Assembly: GCA_040755695.1 (NCBI GenBank)
Contig: JBFMAK010000001.1
Location: 128,637 to 192,636, forward strand
Direction of reading: 5' to 3'
DNA length: 64,000 nt
Source: Candidatus Iainarchaeum sp.
GTDB lineage: Archaea > Iainarchaeota > Iainarchaeia > Iainarchaeales > 1-14-0-10-31-34
In this document: positions 1 through 9,687 of the stretch, piece by piece
Layout: each line of letters opens with the position of its first letter
Position numbering within the stretch: the stretch's first letter is position 1
Notes under the pieces: model-generated
The model's database searches: none
What the model saw: the letters and a program-made list of their open reading frames with translations, nothing else
Told to the model about the DNA's origin: nothing
Program-made: the position numbers and the translations under genes

Positions 1-14
1 AAGAAAAGGTTTCA

Positions 15-401
15 TTGGAGAAAGTGATGGAACCCAAAATAATTCAACTGAAGAAGTTTGAGGAGGAAATGAAGAGAAGGCAGAAGGCAATGGAAGAAGA
101 AATGCTTTCAAAACAGAAGCCACTGCACGAGGTAAAGCAGATTGACACAAAATTATTGGAGCAATTGGAAACACAGGAAATGCTGAAGAAAAGCCCTGAA
201 TTCAAGATAAGCTACCTGAAGATACTGGACAACCTCATAGTTCAATTAAATGAAGGCCTGAAAGGAAATAACAAGATTGAAGTAGTAAATTTAAAAAGGG
301 AAGGCGAAAAACTCTGGAAGGCAAAGGTCTACATCAACGACGACCCCTACGAATTCGTTCTGGATGATTTTGGCTTAATAAAAGACTTCTTTGAGCTTTA
401 A
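15..401 (+). CDS. Hypothetical protein, N-terminal coiled-coil; true start uncertain at window edge
   Basis: 128-aa ORF with host-like codon usage directly upstream of cdc6; no family recognised. Confidence 0.6.
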   Translation: MEKVMEPKIIQLKKFEEEMKRRQKAMEEEMLSKQKPLHEVKQIDTKLLEQLETQEMLKKSPEFKISYLKILDNLIVQLNEGLKGNNKIEVVNLKREGEKLWKAKVYINDDPYEFVLDDFGLIKDFFEL

Positions 402-442
402 GGGCATTCACTTTAAAATTTATTTCAAGCACAAGAAATTCT

Positions 443-1561
443 ATGAAGGAAAACATTTTCTCCAAGAGCCTGGTGCACGAGTTGTTTAAGGATGAAAGGT
501 TTTTGTATCCTGAAAGCATTCCGGAAAGGCTGCCTCACAGGGACAGAGAGATAGAGGAAATTGCCTTTGCTTTAAAGCCTTTGAGCCAGGGCAGGAAGCC
601 TACAAACCTTTTCCTTGCAGGAAAATCTGGGACAGGAAAGACTGTAACAGCAAAATTCGTTTTACAGCAACTGCAGGAATTTACAGATAGAGTAAAATCC
701 TTGTATGTGAACTGCTTTGAATTCAATTCAAGGACTTCAATTCTAACAGCAATCTCAAACTTTGCTGGCTGGCCTACTCCAAGGAGGGGGATTGCAGTGG
801 ACGAAATCTACTCCAGAATGATTTCAGCATTAAAGAAAGCAGGATTCTCTCCTGTAATAGTATTGGATGAATTGGACCAATTGATTCAAGAAGGCGAAGC
901 CTCAAAGCTATTATACGACCTCCTCAGAATAATTGAATTCGAGAAAATAAGGTTAGGCCTAATAATAATTTCAAATGATTTTTCGCTTACATCAAAACTG
1001 GATGCAAGAGTGAAAAGCTCTTTATGCGAGCGCATAATAATCTTTGACCAGTATTCGCCCCAGCAATTGAAGGACATCTTGAATGACAGGGTGCAGAATG
1101 CCTTCTTCCCAGAAAAGGTTGAGAGGGATGTAGTAAATGTTGCTGCCGCAAGGGCAGCAAAAACGGGGGGGGACGCAAGGATTGCAATTGAATGCCTTCT
1201 AAAGGCAGGAAGGCTTGCAGAAAAAGAGAATTCAGCAAGAGTGGAATTAAGGCACCTGAAGCAAGCATTGAATTTGATTGATGAAAGCATTTCAAGAAAG
1301 AAGGTGCTTCCCTTCCTTGATGAAAAAGAAATTCTCTTAATTAAAATCCTTTCAGAGAAAGGCTCTATGAATTCAGGCTCTCTCCTAAGGGAATTCTCCT
1401 TAAAGAAAAAAATCAGCATAAGGCACTTCAGGGAGATAGTGAACGAATTAGAGGACAAGAAAATAATTGATACAAAAAAGATTTCTCTGCCCACGAGAGG
1501 CAAAAGCAGGGAAGTTTCTCTCGCAATCAAAAAAGAATTGATTAAAGAAATCCTTGTTTAA
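443..1561 (+). CDS. cdc6: Orc1/Cdc6 replication initiation AAA+ ATPase
   Basis: PERLPHRDRE, Walker A GKSGTGKT, YVNC, Walker B VLDELD, GDARIAI sensor, C-terminal winged-helix region. Confidence 0.95.
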   Translation: MKENIFSKSLVHELFKDERFLYPESIPERLPHRDREIEEIAFALKPLSQGRKPTNLFLAGKSGTGKTVTAKFVLQQLQEFTDRVKSLYVNCFEFNSRTSILTAISNFAGWPTPRRGIAVDEIYSRMISALKKAGFSPVIVLDELDQLIQEGEASKLLYDLLRIIEFEKIRLGLIIISNDFSLTSKLDARVKSSLCERIIIFDQYSPQQLKDILNDRVQNAFFPEKVERDVVNVAAARAAKTGGDARIAIECLLKAGRLAEKENSARVELRHLKQALNLIDESISRKKVLPFLDEKEILLIKILSEKGSMNSGSLLREFSLKKKISIRHFREIVNELEDKKIIDTKKISLPTRGKSREVSLAIKKELIKEILV

Positions 1562-1626
1562 AGCAAAAAGAATAAATATTAATTAAGGCCTAATAGGTAT
1601 CCATTGAATTCAGGAGGAGGTATGAG

Positions 1627-1941
1627 ATGCCGGCAAAAAAATTCAAGGCTGCAGCAGAAGAGAAATCAAGGCTCAGAAACATTATAATGGAGTTCCCTAA
1701 AACGCCAGGAGTTCCTGACGAGGAAATGGCTTTCAGGGTAGTGAAATTGTATTTTGAGGAGATTGCAAGGCTGGGCTTCAAGAGAAGGCTTGACTTGGAC
1801 GCAATAATCAACGCATACTTTTACGCCCTTGCAAGGCTTGAAAGAAAAGACAAGGAACTGAAGTTCATCCAAAAGAAAGTCCTGAAAGAGGAATCAGTTC
1901 TCAGCAGGGAAACAAAAGAAGAAATGATTCCAGAGCCTTAA
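1627..1941 (+). CDS. Hypothetical protein
   Basis: Strong SD (aggaggagg) upstream of ATG; 104 aa. Confidence 0.75.
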   Translation: MPAKKFKAAAEEKSRLRNIIMEFPKTPGVPDEEMAFRVVKLYFEEIARLGFKRRLDLDAIINAYFYALARLERKDKELKFIQKKVLKEESVLSRETKEEMIPEP

Positions 1942-1948
1942 TTTTTCT

Positions 1949-3601
1949 TTATAACTCCAGTTCCATTACTGTTGTATTGGCTTCCAAGCCGAAGTTGTTC
2001 AGGGTCTTCTGGTTTACTTCTCCAATGAGCCCCTTCATTTTTTTCTCTACAAGGATTTCTGCTACCCTGCCTTCAGTTAATGAAGGGTGAATTGCCTCCT
2101 TTAACTCGTAATTGAATGAAAGATTCTTTGCTATTGCTTCCAGCACAGACTTCATTTCATTGAAATTGGATTTGGAGTGAGAGAAAGCAAGGCACAATTT
2201 GAATGGCTCCTTTACCCGGGTCTCAGTCTTTTCATTCAATTCAACTGCCCTCCCCAATTCAAAGATTCTCTGCGGGAAAGGGCAGTGCTTGTTTCTGCCC
2301 AAAAAATTCAGTGCCTCAGGAATCAGGCTCAGCCTGAAGACGCTGAAAGAAGAGGATACAGGATTGCTTAATTCAATGAAATTCAATTCTTTCAAATTCA
2401 TTTTGTGTTCCTGTATATCCCTTGAAGTCAAATGGAATGAAAGAATCTCCTGCATTCCAAGCCCAACGCATAATTCCCTTAAAGCCTCGAACTTCCCGCT
2501 TTCTGAAAGCCCTGAGCCTCTTGTTGGAAGAAGAACTTTTTCTGGAATGAATTTATTGAAGTCAAATGCAATTGCAATGTCTTCAATTACATCAATTGAA
2601 TGCAGGATGTCAGCCCTGTAATCAGGGCAAAAAACTTTAATGCTCTTCCCCTTTATTTTTCCTTTCATTCTCTTTTTTTCAAGCAATGAAAGGATTTCTT
2701 TCTCCTTGAATTCCTGCCCTAAAATTTTTTCTATTTCACCTAGGGCAAAAGAAATCTTTTCTGCACCGAATTTTGGAGTGACAATCTTTTGTTTTTTTCC
2801 CTCATAAACAATTTTGATTGATTCAATTTTGCCCCCCCTGTCAGCCAAGGCCAAGCACATTATCTTCAATGCAATTTCCACCAGCTTTTGGTTAAAGCCT
2901 GTGACATCAACAAACAGATTCCTTGTTTCTTCTGTCACTTTTCCTGAGCCCTCAGAGTTAATTATAGGGGGCATTGAAAGAACTTCGTTCCCTGAATCCA
3001 CAAGCAAAGGGAATTTGGCGAAGTTCTCTATTAAGTGCCCAAACTCTTTTCCTTTCGGGTGCTTCAAGAGGATTTCCCTCAAGCTCATTCTTTCATTGGA
3101 GCCCAAAGGAATGAATTCAAGAGAAGGTTCAGCTGCAAAGTATTTCACGTTGCCTTTCACTTTATCCAAGTCAAATACTCCAATTGCAATCTCTTTCCTT
3201 TTCCTCCCGAAGCTCTCGCAGATTTTCTCCTGCAACTGAATCAATTGGGCCAGCATGAAATCATTCACCTTCACTCCCTTTACTATAGCATAAGCTGCTT
3301 TAGGCCTAATGCCTTCCAAAGCAGAATCAACAAAAGCCTTTCTCCCGGACGGCTTCACGTTATACGAAGGAAGGCCTTTCTCTATTCCATACTGTGCCTT
3401 GAGTTCCCTTGCAATCCCTTCTGTGCTCCATAAATCAGGCCTGTTGGTGTCCTTTAAATCTACTTTAATTTTGTCTTTGTCTTCGCTCACTGCATTAATT
3501 TCGCCTTTCACGTAAAGCAATGCTTCCCCCAACTCCTTCAAGCTGAAATTTTTCTTCATCACGGAATTGAAGTCTTTCAATGAAATTTCAATTGTAGGCA
3601 T
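1949..3601 (-). CDS. pheT: Phenylalanyl-tRNA synthetase beta subunit (archaeal type)
   Basis: MPTIEI start, DTNRPDLWSTEGIAR, LSMPPIINS, YRADILHSIDVIEDIAIA. Confidence 0.96.
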   Translation of the reverse strand: MPTIEISLKDFNSVMKKNFSLKELGEALLYVKGEINAVSEDKDKIKVDLKDTNRPDLWSTEGIARELKAQYGIEKGLPSYNVKPSGRKAFVDSALEGIRPKAAYAIVKGVKVNDFMLAQLIQLQEKICESFGRKRKEIAIGVFDLDKVKGNVKYFAAEPSLEFIPLGSNERMSLREILLKHPKGKEFGHLIENFAKFPLLVDSGNEVLSMPPIINSEGSGKVTEETRNLFVDVTGFNQKLVEIALKIMCLALADRGGKIESIKIVYEGKKQKIVTPKFGAEKISFALGEIEKILGQEFKEKEILSLLEKKRMKGKIKGKSIKVFCPDYRADILHSIDVIEDIAIAFDFNKFIPEKVLLPTRGSGLSESGKFEALRELCVGLGMQEILSFHLTSRDIQEHKMNLKELNFIELSNPVSSSFSVFRLSLIPEALNFLGRNKHCPFPQRIFELGRAVELNEKTETRVKEPFKLCLAFSHSKSNFNEMKSVLEAIAKNLSFNYELKEAIHPSLTEGRVAEILVEKKMKGLIGEVNQKTLNNFGLEANTTVMELEL

Positions 3602-3603
3602 TT

Positions 3604-5115
3604 TTATTCCACCATCACCTTTTGCCTTTTCAGCCAGTCCAGGTTATAGGAGAAGAGGTCTCTTGCATCGTTTATTCCTAGCTTGAACATGGCGAGCCTG
3701 TCGGCCCCAATGCCCCATGCCAGCGCCCTTCCTTTAATTCCAAGGTTTTCTGTAATTTCCGGCCTGAAGATTCCTGCCCCGCCAAATTCAATCCAGCCCA
3801 TTTCAGGGTGAAGGGCATTCAACTGAACCGAGGGTTCTGTGAAAGGATAGTAATCAGGAATGAATTTTATTTTTTCTGCGCCTGCAATCTCTTCAGCGAA
3901 TTCTTTGAGCATTCCAAGCAGGTGCCTGAAGGTGACAGTAGAATCAACAATGAAGCCTTCCAGCTGGTTGAATTCAATTAAGTGCGTTGCATCAACCACG
4001 TCAGGCCTGAAACATCGCGCAATAGAAAAATATTTTCCTGGCAGTTCAACCCCCTTCACCAGCTGCCTTGCGCTGTGCGCTGTGCCGTGGGCGCAGGGCA
4101 TAAGCCTTGAAGCAATCCTCTCACTCCAATTGTATTGCCAGCCCCTACTCTTTGAAATGCCTCCATTCTCGTGGGCTGCCTTCATTTTTTCCACAATCTT
4201 TTTGTCCGGAAGCAATCCGAACTGGGGCCTTTTAAGCTGGTATGTCTGCGTCCAGTCCCTTGCAGGATGGTTTTGAGGCTGAAACAATACATCAAAGTTA
4301 TAGAATTCCTGCACAATCAAAGGCGAAGGCATTTCCTTGAAGCCTAATTCAATCAATTTTCTTTTCATTTCATCCAAAAACTTAAGGTAAGGCTGCTTTT
4401 TTCCCGGAAAGATCTCAGGCACAGGCTCCTGGATATTGTAATGTCTTTCTATTACTTTTACATCATCTTGTGCTTGAATTTTTAATCCTTTTTCTTGCAT
4501 TAAATTTATTCCTTTCATTCCTTGTTCTGTAATTGAAGCAGATCCGGTTTTTTTCTCTTTTATTCTGATAAAGTCTTTTCTCTGCTGGAACTCCTTCAGA
4601 ACATTTTTTTCTTCTGCATTAAATTGTTCCAAGGGTAATTCTTTGTTAGAAATTTTCTTGAGCAGTTTTTCTTCCGGGATTTCTTCTTTAAGCGCATTAA
4701 ATCCTTTCTGCGTCAATTTTAATTTTAATGTGCCTTCCTTTTTTACTTCGATCCATTGCTTTCTTTTTGCCTGTCCTAAAGAAATGTTTAATTCATCTTT
4801 TCCCAGGGATTTTATTTCTTCTATTGCCTTCCAGTCCCTTGCATTCAATTCCTTGGCCAGCTTTTTTTCCGGGAGGCCTTCCCTCAATGCCTTTAATCCT
4901 TCTTCGCCTAAAAGAATAAATTCCTTTTTTTCTGTTCTTGTTTCAGCCAGGTTCTTCTGCTTGAGCCACTGCATTGACCTTCTCGCGCTGTCAATATCCA
5001 TGCCTGCTCTTTTAGCCAGATCCTCTGCGTTCAATTCCTTTTTTGCCTCGCTCAATGCCTTTAATGCCTTTCTCTCGATTTCGCTTAATTCACTTAACAC
5101 CTTCTCCAAGGTCAT
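3604..5115 (-). CDS. pheS: Phenylalanyl-tRNA synthetase alpha subunit (archaeal type)
   Basis: FQPQNHPARD, FRPDVVDATHLIEFNQLEG, YYPFTEPS, GAGIFRPE, AWGIGADRLAM; adjacent to pheT. Confidence 0.96.
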   Translation of the reverse strand: MTLEKVLSELSEIERKALKALSEAKKELNAEDLAKRAGMDIDSARRSMQWLKQKNLAETRTEKKEFILLGEEGLKALREGLPEKKLAKELNARDWKAIEEIKSLGKDELNISLGQAKRKQWIEVKKEGTLKLKLTQKGFNALKEEIPEEKLLKKISNKELPLEQFNAEEKNVLKEFQQRKDFIRIKEKKTGSASITEQGMKGINLMQEKGLKIQAQDDVKVIERHYNIQEPVPEIFPGKKQPYLKFLDEMKRKLIELGFKEMPSPLIVQEFYNFDVLFQPQNHPARDWTQTYQLKRPQFGLLPDKKIVEKMKAAHENGGISKSRGWQYNWSERIASRLMPCAHGTAHSARQLVKGVELPGKYFSIARCFRPDVVDATHLIEFNQLEGFIVDSTVTFRHLLGMLKEFAEEIAGAEKIKFIPDYYPFTEPSVQLNALHPEMGWIEFGGAGIFRPEITENLGIKGRALAWGIGADRLAMFKLGINDARDLFSYNLDWLKRQKVMVE

Positions 5116-5182
5116 AAAATCACTCTTTTACTTTAATAATTACTGAAAGTCTATTTAATTCTTTATCAATTATTATTTTAAT

Positions 5183-5563
5183 ATGAAAGAATTCGTGATG
5201 GATTCAGCTGTAATCCTGAACAACTTCAACTTCAGGTTTTCAGGCGAAGAAAAATACTACACCACAAATGAAGTATTGGACGAATTGATTGACTTTAGGA
5301 GCAAGAGACTCGTGGAGGCAGGACTAAAGCAAGGCCACATTGAAATAAGGGAGCCCTCAAGAGATTCAATCAAAAAAGTTGAAAGGGCAGCATATGCCTT
5401 AGATGCAAGGCACAGGCTCTCTAAGGCAGACATTTCAATCATTGCCCTTGCATTCGAATTAAAGCTTCCCCTTCTCTCAGACGACATTCAAGTCCAGAAG
5501 GTGTGCATTCAATTAGACCTTCAATTTGATTCAGTTTTCAGGGAAAGAATTGAAGAAAAATGA
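5183..5563 (+). CDS. Nob1-like PIN-domain ribonuclease (PIN domain only)
   Basis: VMDSAVIL, TTNEVLDEL, LSKADISIIALA, SDDIQVQKV match Nob1-type PIN motifs. Confidence 0.8.
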   Translation: MKEFVMDSAVILNNFNFRFSGEEKYYTTNEVLDELIDFRSKRLVEAGLKQGHIEIREPSRDSIKKVERAAYALDARHRLSKADISIIALAFELKLPLLSDDIQVQKVCIQLDLQFDSVFRERIEEK

Positions 5564-5575
5564 AGATGGTTTTGA

Positions 5576-6100
5576 TTGGAAGAAGAAAAAAAGGGAACAG
5601 AAGCTAAGCCTCTTGAATATTATGTGGGGGTATTGTTCGCTACCACAATAAAAAAAATGCTTAAGGCAAGGTCTCCTTTTAAAGAAAAAATTATTAGAAC
5701 AGCTGAATTAACTGTAAGCAACCAGATAAAGCAAATCCACGGACAAGTTGGCCTGAATGAATGGAATAATTCTGCAGGAATAAAAAGAATTGAACTGTTA
5801 AAAAAATACGGTTTCCGCTTGAGCCCCCATCAAATAGGCCTTTACCACAAGGCGCACCAATTATTGAACAGGTTAACAGAACTTCAAAGGAGAGCAAGAG
5901 GCGAAACAGATCAAAGGCTTAAGGAGCTTTACAGGGATGCAATAATTTCAGCAGAAGACAAAGGCCTTTCATCAAGAAAATTCCTTGAATTAAACAAACA
6001 AATCAATTTGGTCAGAATCCAGAAAGCAGAAAAATTACTGCAACTCAGAAAAGAGAAAAGAAAAGAAAAAATGCCCCCTAAAATCCACAGGGAAAGATGA
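5576..6100 (+). CDS. Hypothetical basic protein
   Basis: 174-aa ORF filling the gap; no family recognised. Confidence 0.6.
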   Translation: MEEEKKGTEAKPLEYYVGVLFATTIKKMLKARSPFKEKIIRTAELTVSNQIKQIHGQVGLNEWNNSAGIKRIELLKKYGFRLSPHQIGLYHKAHQLLNRLTELQRRARGETDQRLKELYRDAIISAEDKGLSSRKFLELNKQINLVRIQKAEKLLQLRKEKRKEKMPPKIHRER

Positions 6101-6106
6101 TTTAAT

Positions 6107-6319
6107 TCAGATTCTTGAGATTTCTTTTCTTGTGTTTTTGCATTCTTCAAAATACTTAAAAGATTTCATTAGAATTATTCCTGCAGCCATAGAAGCAATT
6201 GTTATTGCTATTGCAATGTTTTCTTCTTTGAACCCGAAAAAGAAAGCAATCCATGCACTGAACCTCATTGAAAGAAGAACAGCTGCTTTTGTTTGCATAA
6301 TGGAATGCTTTAAATCCAA
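6107..6319 (-). CDS. Small hypothetical membrane protein (2 TM)
   Basis: Two hydrophobic segments; start codon uncertain. Confidence 0.45.
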   Translation of the reverse strand: MDLKHSIMQTKAAVLLSMRFSAWIAFFFGFKEENIAIAITIASMAAGIILMKSFKYFEECKNTRKEISRI

Positions 6320-6349
6320 TACATTTTTTTTCTGTTAATTCATTTTTCT

Positions 6350-6520
6350 TCATTCAAAAGCCTTTACAACAAAAAACACTGCAACAAGCACTCCGACCAC
6401 AGCCAAAAATGAATTTACATTATAATAAGTAATACTCAATCCAGCAATAATTGCCCCAATCACAAAAGAAAGTGCCTTCTTATCAGAAACAGACAAACTA
6501 AAAAACTTGAAAGAATTCAT
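6350..6520 (-). CDS. Small hypothetical membrane protein (56 aa, 2 TM), below ORF-track cutoff
   Basis: Manual translation MNSFKFFSLSVSDKKALSFVIGAIIAGLSITYYNVNSFLAVVGVLVAVFFVVKAFE*. Confidence 0.5.
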   Translation of the reverse strand: MNSFKFFSLSVSDKKALSFVIGAIIAGLSITYYNVNSFLAVVGVLVAVFFVVKAFE

Positions 6521-6606
6521 AATATCCTATGGAAATAAAACAACTTTAAATTTAAAAGCTTAATCCAACGACAGAAAACGAAATCATCTTTTGATGCTCA
6601 AACCTT

Positions 6607-7089
6607 TTAGAGGCTTAGGGATTTTTTCATAGATCCAACATTCATGACAATTATTTTGTTTTTTATTGTTTCCCTCATTTTTATGTACTCATCTATATCG
6701 CAATTAGCTTTTATTTTTCCGTAAAGGGCTTCTTCGAATTCAGGGTGCGCGCATATCAGCACATTTGCTTTCATAAGCTCTTCCAAAGCTTTTTTCCTTA
6801 ATTTTTCTGCATCAATATCCCGTATCGCGAAGGTTTCCACATCAAATTCTTTTGAAATCCCCTTTTTTTTTGCAAATAACCGAAAACCCCCCCGCAATTG
6901 ATTACTATAACCCATTCCGGAATCACAAACAAAAACTATTTTTATTTTCCTTTTTTTTCTCATCGAAAAAGCGATTGCTCTCCTAAGTCTTCTGGTTGCA
7001 GCAGTAATTAATTTTTTGTCTTTATGTCTTTCTTCAAATCTTATTATTGTTTTGAATAATCTGTTTTTTCTTGAAGTAATCCTTTTCAT
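6607..7089 (-). CDS. Hypothetical protein with PTS EIIB-like phosphate-binding loop
   Basis: KIVFVCDSGMGYS resembles the CxxGxxxS loop of lactose/galactitol-type EIIB; long K/R-rich N-terminus. Confidence 0.5.
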   Translation of the reverse strand: MKRITSRKNRLFKTIIRFEERHKDKKLITAATRRLRRAIAFSMRKKRKIKIVFVCDSGMGYSNQLRGGFRLFAKKKGISKEFDVETFAIRDIDAEKLRKKALEELMKANVLICAHPEFEEALYGKIKANCDIDEYIKMRETIKNKIIVMNVGSMKKSLSL

Positions 7090-7093
7090 TTCA

Positions 7094-8287
7094 TCATCTA
7101 AGCATTATCTTTACTACGTCTCCGTCTTTGAGTGAATGTTCTTTTCCTATCTTTTGTCCTGTCCTGCAGTCTATTGCTGCAACAAACCTTTCAACGAATT
7201 CAGTGTGGATTTTTCCAGCCAAATCAATTGCATTGGAGCCCTTCCTCAAAAGGAAAGAATCTGGTAATACTGCCCCAGTACCTGAAGTCCACTTATGCTG
7301 GTCCTGCACGGGATAGACAGCAATCAAGTCCAGTAGGCTGAAGGCTGTTTCGTTCACTGCTTCCTGCACGCCTGTACTTCCATACTTCTCCAGTATGTGC
7401 GTTCTAATAAATTCTAATGCGTGCTTTTGTTTCTCAGGGATATCCTGTTTCAATAACTTAAATTCCTTTTCTCCTGGAACATATTCAATTATGTCTGCCT
7501 TTGCTGCCTTCCTTAAAGCTAACTCAGATTCAGCGCTGCAGGCCACAATCTTTTTTTCAGGGAATTCCTTCTTCAGCCTCTCAAAGTTCTCTTGTGCTCC
7601 TTCAACATCAATCTTGTTTGCTGCAATCAAGATAGGTTTTGATTTCTCCCTTATCTTCTCGCTGAATTCAAGTAATGCTTCCTCGTTCCAGGAATCAGGT
7701 TTTTCATTGAAGTCTTCTTTCTTTATTACGCCTTTCACGTCCTCTTCCGTAATGCCCAATCCAGTCAGGTTTTTTGCTAATGCCTCATAAGGGCCTTTAG
7801 GGTCGAGTGAAGCCTGCTTTGAGATCTTCGCCCAATTTTTTGTGAGGATGCCTTTAATCCAGTGTGCAATCTCTTTCTCCAAGAATTTAATGTCCTGGGC
7901 AGGGTCGTGAGAGCCTCGCTGACAGGGATTTCCAATGGAATCAGTGACTCCCGCAATATCTAATACATGAATTAAACCTTGTGCTTGCATTAAATCTGAC
8001 ATAAAAGAATTGCCCATTCCTTTTCCTTGCCAACTACCTTCAATTAAACCAGCCACATCTAATAACTGAATTGGAATCAACCTTGTGCCATTAACACATT
8101 TACTATTAATGGGGTTGCATTGCTTCCCAAGATCTAAATGAGGGCATTTAGTATTTACATAAGCTGTGCCAGTGTTAGCCTTAATTGTTGTGAATGGCCT
8201 CATAGAAATTTCAACGTCAACAAGTGTCGCTGCACTAAAGAAGGTACTCTTGCCTGACGACGGCTTGCCAACACAACCTATTTGCAT
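7094..8287 (-). CDS. ychF: YchF/Obg-family translation-associated NTPase with C-terminal TGS domain
   Basis: GKPSSGKSTFF, PFTTI, DVAGL, NKID, SAESE, TGS-like LKDGDVVKI; start taken at MQIG. Confidence 0.93.
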   Translation of the reverse strand: MQIGCVGKPSSGKSTFFSAATLVDVEISMRPFTTIKANTGTAYVNTKCPHLDLGKQCNPINSKCVNGTRLIPIQLLDVAGLIEGSWQGKGMGNSFMSDLMQAQGLIHVLDIAGVTDSIGNPCQRGSHDPAQDIKFLEKEIAHWIKGILTKNWAKISKQASLDPKGPYEALAKNLTGLGITEEDVKGVIKKEDFNEKPDSWNEEALLEFSEKIREKSKPILIAANKIDVEGAQENFERLKKEFPEKKIVACSAESELALRKAAKADIIEYVPGEKEFKLLKQDIPEKQKHALEFIRTHILEKYGSTGVQEAVNETAFSLLDLIAVYPVQDQHKWTSGTGAVLPDSFLLRKGSNAIDLAGKIHTEFVERFVAAIDCRTGQKIGKEHSLKDGDVVKIMLR

Positions 8288-8323
8288 TAAATCCCACATA
8301 GATTTAAATTAAAAAAGTTTTAA

Positions 8324-9535
8324 TTAAGTAACTGGTTTTAGGCAGTATTTTCCGCCGTTATTAGAAAAAATGCCTCTGTTCACAAGAGTTAATATTTTCT
8401 TCCTTATTTTATAAGGATGTAGGTCAATTTTTCCCGATAGATCTTTTACTCTGAAAAAACCTTTTTCCTTTGCAAGAAGGGTTCCTTCTTCACAGATTTT
8501 ATTTAAAACATCTTTAGTAACAACTTTTTCTCTCAATTTAATCATTAAATCAAGTGTTTTTCTTTTTCTACTGCAATAAAACCCAATCTTATTGCTGAAA
8601 TTTAATATAGATTCCTTTTTACCTATATCAATCTCCCAAAACGCAGTTACATACCCTTTTTTTCTTTTGATTATCCTTTTAAGTCTTAGATTGGACTCTA
8701 CTAAAAAATTATCACATAAAATTTTTCTTGCATCGATTAATATTTTGGGCGGTTTAATGTGTTGCCTATTTTCTTTTGGGATTTTATTTATACTGTATGG
8801 TTTGCCTATTTTCATTTCAGATAAAAAACGTTCATTAATTGCTTTTGTACACTCATTGGCTTGTGATAGCCCAATCTTGTAATTAGTTGTTTCAGCCCAC
8901 CCCTCATCATCAAAAAATTGTTGGAGAAATGCTTTTTGAATTTCAATAGAATTATCCATTATAACCTTTGGAATTCCAATGCCTTGATTTAATTTTTTGC
9001 CTGTCGGGACTCCTGTTATTTTTAGAACTCTTCTAACCATTCTGCTGGCTATCAAATAAGGCACTCCTTCATCAGAAATCCTGTTGCTAATTTTAACATC
9101 TCCAAAAATGTTTTTAATTTCTCTTTCAACTTTATTTAGCAATTCAGAATCGCTGTTTTTGTATTCAACATGTGCTTCATTTATGGTTCCATCCCCCATT
9201 ATAGCAGCTAAGATTGTAGCCATAGAAATACTGTTCAATTTTATTGGTAATTTAACTCCTTTGCTCCAAGCAATTTCTTCAACTTTGTCTTCTGCAATCA
9301 AATAACCAATGCCTAAAAAATCAAGAATCTTCTTTAATCCCCCAACTGTTAAACTCGTGTTATGAAAATAATTGAAGATTGTTGCTTTGCTCACCCTTAT
9401 TGCATAAGCCAACTTTGATTTTGAACTAGCTTTTAAGATTGCCTTATTAATTAGGTTTTTCCCAAAATCTTTTTCCAGCCTAATCCTTACAGTGTTGGGT
9501 TCGTCAAACCAATGATACTCTGTTTTACAGTCCAA
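8324..9535 (-). mobile_element. Free-standing LAGLIDADG homing endonuclease gene with N-terminal HTH and C-terminal wHTH-like regions
   Basis: LAAIMGDG and FLQQFFDDEG dodecapeptide motifs; no Hint N-terminus or HN terminus; AT-rich codon usage. Confidence 0.85.
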
Positions 9536-9687
9536 ATTTATCCCTTATAAATTTCTATTTTTTTATCTTTATAAATGGCTTCGGAAGAGTAGAGTGCCTG
9601 TGAAATTTGAAAAAAACGCAAACCTTAAAATAGGGGATAGCAACAATTTATTTAGCTGAATTAATTATTTTAGTTTAAAGAAAAATT

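Noticed and set aside
402..442. Replication origin (ORB elements) next to cdc6
   Set aside because: Flanking intergenic regions are very short and contain no recognisable ORB repeats.
886..1530. Long antisense ORFs in the track (this one and similar ones opposite pheS, pheT, rfcL, priS and others)
   Set aside because: Shadow frames of well-supported genes; F/S/L-rich translations reflect the purine-rich sense strand.
1634..1663. 29/30-nt match to 41653-41682 (KKFKAAAEE in both the 1627 ORF and priL)
   Set aside because: Both copies are in-frame coding for low-complexity K/A/E sequence with biased codons; no flanking similarity or element structure.
8324..9535. LAGLIDADG ORF as an intein of ychF
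   Set aside because: No Cys/Ser-start Hint block or HN terminus, and ychF is complete from its P-loop onward.
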